Below, piece by piece: positions 28,721 through 35,509 of a DNA stretch of 64,000 nt; within the stretch, counting starts at the first letter, position 1; each line of letters opens with the position of its first letter. Both the position numbers and the translations under genes were made by a program. This DNA comes from Anaerovoracaceae bacterium (lineage in GTDB: Bacteria > Bacillota > Clostridia > Peptostreptococcales > Anaerovoracaceae), in assembly GCA_045114615.1 (NCBI GenBank), contig JBGUKU010000099.1, forward strand, positions 1,385-65,384, in the 5' to 3' direction. Under the pieces are notes generated by a model that did no database searches, was not told where the DNA came from, and was given only the letters and a program-made list of their open reading frames with translations.

Positions 28721-29890
28721 ATGCAGAAACTATCAAAAAAGACCGAACATTTTACGGATTCCGTGATAAGGCGTATGACCAGGATCGCCTATCAGTATGA
28801 CTCCATAAACCTGTCTCAGGGATTCCCTGATTTCGCACCTCCTGAGATGCTGCTTAATAGACTTGGAGAAACTGCTGACATGCTCGATGTGCATCAGTAC
28901 TCAATAACTTTCGGAGATCCGGGATTCCGCCGGGCGCTTGCCGAAAAGCAGAGCCGTTTCATGGGAATGGACATTGATCCCGATACAGAGATCACCGTCA
29001 CATGCGGCAGCACCGAAGCGATGATGTCATCCGTCCTCACAGTTGCTGATCCGGGTGACAAGGTCATTATTTTCTCGCCTTTCTATGAAAATTACGGCGC
29101 AGATACCATACTTTCCGGTGCTGAACCTATTTATGTACCTCTGGTGCCGCCTGACTTCCATTTTGATCCGGAGGTGCTTGAGGATGCCTTCAGACAGCAT
29201 CCGAAAGCGATGATACTCTGCAACCCATCCAATCCTACCGGCAAGGTGTTTACAAGAGAAGAACTCGAATTCATAGCACATCTTGCGGTTAAATATGACA
29301 CATACGTAATCACGGATGAAGTCTACGAGCACATCATTTATGAGCCATATAAACACACCTATATAGCATCACTGCCGGGAATGCGTGAGCGTACGCTGTC
29401 ATGCTCTTCCCTCTCAAAGACTTATTCCATAACCGGATGGAGGATTGGATATGTTATAGCTCCGCCTGAAATCACCGAGTGCGTCAAAAAAGTGCATGAT
29501 TTTCTGACAGTAGGCGCACCTCATCCACTTCAGGAGGCAGTTATACCGGGACTTCTGGCCGGTCCTGAATACTATGAGGAGCTGATCAGCTTATATACAC
29601 ATAAACGCAACATCTTCCTGAAAGGCCTTGATGACATAGGACTGAATCATACCGATCCGCAGGGAGCGTATTACGTACTCATGGATATCTCGGAATTTGG
29701 CTATGAAAGCGACCTTGAGTTCTGCGAAGACATGACCCGTTTAGTCGGAGTGGCGACTGTACCGGGCTCAAGCTTCTTCAGAGAGCCTGTAAACAACCTC
29801 ATACGCTTCCATTTCGCAAAACAGGACAGCACTTTATATGCTGCCCTGGACCGTCTTGAATCTATAAGAAAGAAAATGCCGTACAAGTGA
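28721..29890 (+). CDS. Class-I PLP aminotransferase (YbdL/kynurenine-aminotransferase-like subgroup)
   Basis: 389 aa. INLSQGFPDF N-terminal motif, NPSNPTGKVF, and PLP-lysine motif SLSKTYSITGWRIGY. Confidence 0.85.
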   Translation: MQKLSKKTEHFTDSVIRRMTRIAYQYDSINLSQGFPDFAPPEMLLNRLGETADMLDVHQYSITFGDPGFRRALAEKQSRFMGMDIDPDTEITVTCGSTEAMMSSVLTVADPGDKVIIFSPFYENYGADTILSGAEPIYVPLVPPDFHFDPEVLEDAFRQHPKAMILCNPSNPTGKVFTREELEFIAHLAVKYDTYVITDEVYEHIIYEPYKHTYIASLPGMRERTLSCSSLSKTYSITGWRIGYVIAPPEITECVKKVHDFLTVGAPHPLQEAVIPGLLAGPEYYEELISLYTHKRNIFLKGLDDIGLNHTDPQGAYYVLMDISEFGYESDLEFCEDMTRLVGVATVPGSSFFREPVNNLIRFHFAKQDSTLYAALDRLESIRKKMPYK

Positions 29891-29928
29891 GACTATTCCA
29901 TCTTTATTGTCCCCGGCAGTTTGCTCGT

Positions 29929-29955
29929 GAGACCCTTCTCAGGGTCTCTTTTTTT
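29929..29955 (+). terminator. Rho-independent terminator of the aminotransferase gene
   Basis: GAGACCCT-tctc-AGGGTCTC followed by TTTTTTT. The hairpin overlaps the stop codon of the convergent minus-strand gene. Confidence 0.75.
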
Positions 29956-32581
29956 CGAGCAGCTTCATAAGTATCTGTACTTCTTTAGTCTTTTCAAGTT
30001 TATCATAAAATTCCGATGAGAACTCCTCACCGTCAAAGTCATGAGCAGTGATTACGAATTCTTCGAGCTGTGCTGTCTCAAATCTGAGCAGGCCTGTTTC
30101 TTCATTGTATTCCGCTCTATATGCTTTTATCGTCTCTTCAGATGTCTTGTCTTCTTCAGCAAATACCGCATACAGCTGTCTGTCTCTGAAATCTTCCGGA
30201 AGCTCGTAATCCATGACCACTTCTACCGGCATTCCCAGTTTTGTTAGAGCCGTACCGTTTTTATATGCTGAAAGTACATAATACAGTGCCTCTTCTGCAT
30301 TATCTTTTCCGTCGTTAAGATCGTACATGTCGACTGCAAGGCTGATCGTACTGCCGGATGAATTGCTGACTTTTACCGGTCCGGAATTACCAGATTTAAC
30401 AGCTTTATTTGGCTTAACCGTCCTGGAATCATGTGTTTTTTTCGTGTCGTCTGACTTTACAGTATCAGGTTTGCTATCCGTTTTATCAGACTCGTCCGGT
30501 TTGCTTATGAGTCCGGTTCCGGTAAGGATTCTTTTTGCATTTCCTCCGATCGTTCCTGATCCGGTACGGGAGGAAATCGTAGTTGTTATCACCGAACCCG
30601 GCGCCGGTTCATGAATGCCTATATAATCAGCTTTACGGATCAGATAGATATTATCGGCAGAAATCTGTTCACCCGGACTACGAAGCACTGTGACTGTAAG
30701 CCTTCCGTTTATGTATCTGAAAATCTGATAGACTTCATTAACTCCCCCATAACCGTATTTTTCATGCAATACATCGTAGGATATGACCTTATCATCCCCT
30801 GCATCAAAAGCGTTGAACGGATCAAGCATGATATATTCCCCGCTTTCATAGGACGCTGTATGTCCGTAAAAGTCATTTCCGTCAAAATACGTGTGTTCAA
30901 AGAAGTTTAACGATACAACAGGTATCTCCTTCTGATCAGGAACAGTAACCAGATCCTTTGGTCCCATGAATACCGGCCCGCCGGTACCCATGGATACAGT
31001 TCCTGATCCGCTGTAATCGAATACTACAGGCGCTCCTTGTCTTCCATTGTAATCGCAGCTGCCGGTTTTTGCTCCATTCAGCAATTTGAAATTTTCCTCC
31101 AGATCTATTACTCCGGACCTTAAATACAATTCTCCTCTGTCAACAGATTCTGTAAGCTTCAGTTCATCGCTGCGGATTCCCCATCTCCCGTAAATATCCA
31201 GCCGGTCACCGTCCTGCATTATAATGTTTTTGATAACAGAGCCATGTTCGTAGTATAGTTCAGAGCTGCCGGTGTTTGTGAGTTTTTCGATCTGGCAGCT
31301 TCCATTCAGACTCAGAATGGAATCTTTGATTTTGATATTCAGCTCCTGCCCCTTATTTAGCCGGATCAATGAATTTTCAAGAACACCACTCCCCGAATAA
31401 TCACCATCGATATCAATGATATATCCTTTGAGTTGCCCTGATGTGATCCTGCCGTCATTAACAAGGTTCTTAACTACCTCTAAACCATTTACGACCTGGG
31501 TTATTAAAGCTCCATTCTCCAAAACAAGGTTGTCGACAGTGAGATGGCCATTGAAAACAGCACTATCTGTATATTTTTCACCTTTCTTCCATTCCTCACT
31601 TCCCCTCTCCATAAACTTGTAGATAGGATCACCGTTCTCATCATAATTTATATTTACAAATAACGATGTGATCCTGAGACTGGAGTTCCCTGGCAATACG
31701 AGCGTTGTTCCTTCCGGTAAAACGATCTCATCATCGATCACGCCTGTAACACTGCCATTGATAAGCTTGTAACTTCCATCATCCTGTCGCAGAAACAGTG
31801 CAGCACTTCCGCCATCTTCACCATAAAACTCAGTAACGGAGTGCAGGTTAAGCGCACTGTATTCAGAAATTTCAATTTTGTCGATCAGTATGATACCGGT
31901 ACCAATGATATCGATCTGCCCGTCAAACGAAAGTGTGCCTACTTTGCTGATACCTGTAGTAACAATGGTCACGCCGGTCCCGTTTGCCGTAATATCCGTT
32001 TTTTCTTTGAGCCCATCCAGAACAATGGTATTGTTGCTGCTGTCATAACTCCATCCGTCTCCGGATCCGTTTGAGCTGCCATCCAGCGTGGTTCCTGCAA
32101 TGGTTATCTTCTTTTCAGCAGGTGTACCTAAAGTTTCAGAACCCTGAGAAGCAAGGCTTTTACGTAAAGTGATGGCCGCCGGCTCTGAAGTTTTTTCAGA
32201 AGATTCAGGAGTCGCATCTTCCGGTTCAATACATGTCTGATCTGCATCTGCCGGTCCGTCTATTCCGGTCTCAGTTCCGACTGCATCCTGGATCTGCTCC
32301 TCCGGTACTTCAGCTGATTCGGATCCTGACTGCACCTGCTCTTCCTGCGCTGCCGTATTTTCTATTGTCTCCTGTACAGGTGTGCTTTCCGGTGCTTCTG
32401 CTTCTGTATTCTGAGATGCAGCGTTTTCAGAGACATGGTCAGCAACATCCTGTGAAGAACTGCCGCACTGCTCCTCTGCAGCAATATCCTCAATATCCTC
32501 TGCAAATACGACACATGCAGAAGGAATGACCATCAGCATGACCAAAACCATGCAAAGTCCTTTTCTTATAATTCTGTGCAT
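29939..32581 (-). CDS. Large secreted protein B (paralogue of 35509-38154): signal peptide + acidic low-complexity linker + beta-rich repeat region + conserved acidic C-terminal module
   Basis: Start refined to ATG 32581 (MHRIIRKGLCMVLVMLMVIPSACVVFA-ED), 7 nt after AAAGGAG. Colinear similarity to the other giant, e.g. KKITIAGTTLDGSSNGSGDGWSY...GTGIILIDKIEI and C-terminal LYAVFAEEDKTSEETI...FDGEEFSSEFYDKLEKT. No LPXTG motif and no C-terminal TM segment. Confidence 0.75.
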   Translation of the reverse strand: MHRIIRKGLCMVLVMLMVIPSACVVFAEDIEDIAAEEQCGSSSQDVADHVSENAASQNTEAEAPESTPVQETIENTAAQEEQVQSGSESAEVPEEQIQDAVGTETGIDGPADADQTCIEPEDATPESSEKTSEPAAITLRKSLASQGSETLGTPAEKKITIAGTTLDGSSNGSGDGWSYDSSNNTIVLDGLKEKTDITANGTGVTIVTTGISKVGTLSFDGQIDIIGTGIILIDKIEISEYSALNLHSVTEFYGEDGGSAALFLRQDDGSYKLINGSVTGVIDDEIVLPEGTTLVLPGNSSLRITSLFVNINYDENGDPIYKFMERGSEEWKKGEKYTDSAVFNGHLTVDNLVLENGALITQVVNGLEVVKNLVNDGRITSGQLKGYIIDIDGDYSGSGVLENSLIRLNKGQELNIKIKDSILSLNGSCQIEKLTNTGSSELYYEHGSVIKNIIMQDGDRLDIYGRWGIRSDELKLTESVDRGELYLRSGVIDLEENFKLLNGAKTGSCDYNGRQGAPVVFDYSGSGTVSMGTGGPVFMGPKDLVTVPDQKEIPVVSLNFFEHTYFDGNDFYGHTASYESGEYIMLDPFNAFDAGDDKVISYDVLHEKYGYGGVNEVYQIFRYINGRLTVTVLRSPGEQISADNIYLIRKADYIGIHEPAPGSVITTTISSRTGSGTIGGNAKRILTGTGLISKPDESDKTDSKPDTVKSDDTKKTHDSRTVKPNKAVKSGNSGPVKVSNSSGSTISLAVDMYDLNDGKDNAEEALYYVLSAYKNGTALTKLGMPVEVVMDYELPEDFRDRQLYAVFAEEDKTSEETIKAYRAEYNEETGLLRFETAQLEEFVITAHDFDGEEFSSEFYDKLEKTKEVQILMKLLEKKRP

Positions 32582-32597
32582 AACAGGTCTCCTTTCT

Positions 32598-34661
32598 TTA
32601 GAATAACTGCATCTCATTGATAACTGCATTTATTTCATCGCTGATCATTCCGGCATCTTCCTGTGCCTCCAGATCGCGTTTTATAGTATCAGCCTCTCCA
32701 AGTCCCGATGACGCTATTTCCCTGAACAGGCTGACTGCTCTATCGCTGTTGCCGGAGTACAGACATGCATAGGCATAGTTCAGTTTTACCAGCATGTTAT
32801 CCGGCTGGAGTTCGAGAGCTGACGATGCGGATGCGAGCGCAGCATTATAGTCTCTCAGGTGGATAAGTTCATAATATGAACGCCAGGCGAGGTACTGAGC
32901 CCGGTGATACTCTCCGAGAGACTCTGACACCTGACTGTATTCCCCCAGCCCCCGAGCGAAAAGCCTTTCTGACTTGTCGTATTCGTGCGCCTTGAATGCG
33001 TTTTCGCCGGTATTGAGCAGGCTTACCGCATATGCTGCGCGGTCCGGATCCGAACCTGTTTTTGCATATATCTTTCCGTAGACATCCGATGCATCAGAGT
33101 AATACTCATCAGCGGTGATGTAGTTTCCGCGGATATTGTGGCTGAGTCCTCTGTTGTTATAAAGCTCCGCCAGCATCTGCTGATATGAAATGTTTTCTTC
33201 GTCCTGTGCGAGTATCTCTGCATCTTTGATGGCTTCCTCGTAATAGCGGTCAGCATCTTCATAGTTTCCCGCATCCGTCAGACATGCGGCAAGCATGGAT
33301 GCGATCTGGATGCTGTTACTCCTGTTCTGGAGCGAATCGTTCATTCCTACAAGGGCATTAATGTCTTCATATGCATCTGACAGCATATCTGCTGCATCAT
33401 TGTACAGACCTGATCTATAGAGGAGTACTCCGTAATCGTATTTTACAGTACTGAGTGCATCAAGCACGTCTGCAGACTTATCCATACTGTCAAGAAGTCC
33501 CAGGCTCTGCTCAAAGCGTTCTGCCGCCAGATTTCCGTTTCCAAGATCGATAGCATTGCTTCCGGAGTTGAAGATCATTCTCGCCAGAACAAGATCGTCT
33601 CCGTGTGCAAGCGCCTGCTGCATGCCGATGGCCTTGTCGTAATCCTCTCCTGCCTCTTCATAGCGGCCTGCGGAGTTCAGTATGATAGCCCTGTTGTTGT
33701 ATCCGGATGCTGTACCGGCCTCCGCTTTTTCATATCCGGATCCTGCCAGCGTCTCGAACAGTGAAATGGCTGTGGTCTCGGAATCAAGAGCTTCATTATG
33801 CATTCCGAGAACATTCTCTGCCGTAGCCAGCTTTTCATAGTTTACGGCAGCCTCATACTCTCCTGCCTCTTTGTTGCGTGTCAGCCTGAGGATCTTATTT
33901 ATATCCTCAGTATTGTTGTACAGTATGTCACGGATACGGCTGTATGATCCCGGAACATCCGCAAGGCTGTCAGGCAATCCGTAGGTTAGATCATTCAGGA
34001 TCTGCATTGAAGCTGCTTCACGTTTTTCAGCTTCATTTCTGTAATTCTGTGCGCGTATCATCAGGCTCAGCGAGACTGCAAGTATCAGGACAAATGCAGC
34101 GGCACAGGTGACAGCACGTTTTACGACGTTTCTGTTCTGTTCTAACTGGTGCTCTCTGGCCAGCTCCTCCTCAGTGCAGCCGGCAATGCATGCGATCACC
34201 TTGAGCATCTCAGATTCGGCAAGAGACATCATCCTGCGAGTATCATTCCCCGGAACACGTATATCCATGAGCCTGTCCATTATATCCGGTATCAGCTTCA
34301 TGGATGCAGGGAATGAGGTATCAGGATCTCCGCTTATGAGTATCGGGAATACATGATCTGCTCTGCCGAGCTCAATGAAAGTTGCCACCTCCCTGTCTAC
34401 CCATTCAGACGAAGGAGTATCGGTCGAGCATACCACTACAAGGCAATCTGTGGAATGCAGAGCCTTGTCTATCGTATCGGTAAGTATCCTGCTTACAGGC
34501 AGCTCTTCAGTATCCCTGAAAGCACGCCTTACTCCATGCATTCCCCTTTCACGCAAAGAGGCAGGCAGACGGTAATTCTCTGCCAGATTGAACAGTTTCT
34601 GCGTTATCTCACTGTCCAGCGGCCTGTGGCGGTAGCTGAAGAACACATCGTAATCAAACAT
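32598..34661 (-). CDS. TIR domain - single TM - TPR-repeat protein
   Basis: 687 aa. N-terminal DVFFSYRHRP...CLVVVCSTDTPSSEWVDREVATFIE...VFPILISG is a TIR-domain signature (betaA FxSY, W-x3-E). One TM segment at aa 183-202. The C-terminal ~440 aa consist of repeated A/Y/N-rich 34-aa TPR-like units (YNNRG.., EEA/YEEAI..). GGGAGG RBS. Confidence 0.8.
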   Translation of the reverse strand: MFDYDVFFSYRHRPLDSEITQKLFNLAENYRLPASLRERGMHGVRRAFRDTEELPVSRILTDTIDKALHSTDCLVVVCSTDTPSSEWVDREVATFIELGRADHVFPILISGDPDTSFPASMKLIPDIMDRLMDIRVPGNDTRRMMSLAESEMLKVIACIAGCTEEELAREHQLEQNRNVVKRAVTCAAAFVLILAVSLSLMIRAQNYRNEAEKREAASMQILNDLTYGLPDSLADVPGSYSRIRDILYNNTEDINKILRLTRNKEAGEYEAAVNYEKLATAENVLGMHNEALDSETTAISLFETLAGSGYEKAEAGTASGYNNRAIILNSAGRYEEAGEDYDKAIGMQQALAHGDDLVLARMIFNSGSNAIDLGNGNLAAERFEQSLGLLDSMDKSADVLDALSTVKYDYGVLLYRSGLYNDAADMLSDAYEDINALVGMNDSLQNRSNSIQIASMLAACLTDAGNYEDADRYYEEAIKDAEILAQDEENISYQQMLAELYNNRGLSHNIRGNYITADEYYSDASDVYGKIYAKTGSDPDRAAYAVSLLNTGENAFKAHEYDKSERLFARGLGEYSQVSESLGEYHRAQYLAWRSYYELIHLRDYNAALASASSALELQPDNMLVKLNYAYACLYSGNSDRAVSLFREIASSGLGEADTIKRDLEAQEDAGMISDEINAVINEMQLF

Positions 34662-34663
34662 GT

Positions 34664-35509
34664 CTAGCCTCCCGTTACAGGCTGACCGCTCTCAGCCGTA
34701 TCATCAAGACCGAGCTCCTCAAGGGAACTCCTTGCATTATCCACTGCCTGCTGTATGTATACCAATGCCTGCGGTTCATCTGCGAATGCCGCCGGCAGTT
34801 CGTTCATCGTCCTCTCAGCGATCTCACGGCACAGTTTTGCCTGCTGATCTGCTATCTCACCTTCTGTGCGGGCAACATGTCCCAGATATGCAAATATCCC
34901 TGCCGCTCCCAAGCAGACAGCAGCGATCACAGATACCAGCATAATTATCGCTTTTCTGCGGCGCATGCGGTGGCGCTGCTCAAGGGCATCAGGATGCAGT
35001 CCCAGGATTGATGCGATGATCCTGACAGTCTCATAGCTCAGCGCTTCCCTCCAGCGCGAGCGGGTCTCTGCGCGAAGATCTGACGCTACAGGCTCTATGG
35101 TCTCGACGCGCTCAACGACAGTCATGTCAGGAAGTATCTTCTGAACGGTCTTTTTCTCAATAAAAGACTCCGGGAAAGAGTCGATAGGCTCTCCCCGGAC
35201 TATCACAACGATAATATTATTATCTTTTCCGATCTTGCGGAAATACTCAAGGCGCTCAAGTATGAACGGACTGGCCTTTGTTTCAGGCGAACAGAGCACT
35301 GCCAGAAAGCGGCTGTTGTCTAAGACATCACGTGTATCATCATCAAGCTCTCTGCCGGACACATCAACATACACCCGCCTGTAATCCAGTCCGCTGTCCG
35401 GAAGGACCACTCCTGACGGGAGTCTGTACTTGCGTATGCTGTCCGCAAGCTTATTTGCGACTGATGCATCCCCTGCTACGGCAATGATGCAGATATCAAA
35501 GTTCCGCAT
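34664..35509 (-). CDS. Divergent TIR-like domain - single TM - short ectodomain protein
   Basis: 281 aa. The N-terminal ~115 aa are colinear with the TIR of the next gene (FDICIIAV / KYRLP / FLAVLCSPETKASPFILERLEYF / IIVVIVRGEP). A basic cluster RHRMRRRK precedes the TM segment (aa 187-209), followed by a ~70-aa C-terminal tail. The ATG overlaps the upstream stop (TAATG). Confidence 0.65.
   Translation of the reverse strand: MRNFDICIIAVAGDASVANKLADSIRKYRLPSGVVLPDSGLDYRRVYVDVSGRELDDDTRDVLDNSRFLAVLCSPETKASPFILERLEYFRKIGKDNNIIVVIVRGEPIDSFPESFIEKKTVQKILPDMTVVERVETIEPVASDLRAETRSRWREALSYETVRIIASILGLHPDALEQRHRMRRRKAIIMLVSVIAAVCLGAAGIFAYLGHVARTEGEIADQQAKLCREIAERTMNELPAAFADEPQALVYIQQAVDNARSSLEELGLDDTAESGQPVTGG

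Noticed and set aside
32598-35509. Assignment of the TIR genes to Thoeris or another described TIR defence system
   Set aside because: There is no ThsA-like SIR2/SLOG/Macro gene, cyclase, STING or Argonaute partner nearby. Both TIR proteins are membrane-anchored with ectodomains. I therefore treat the module as unclassified rather than as Thoeris.
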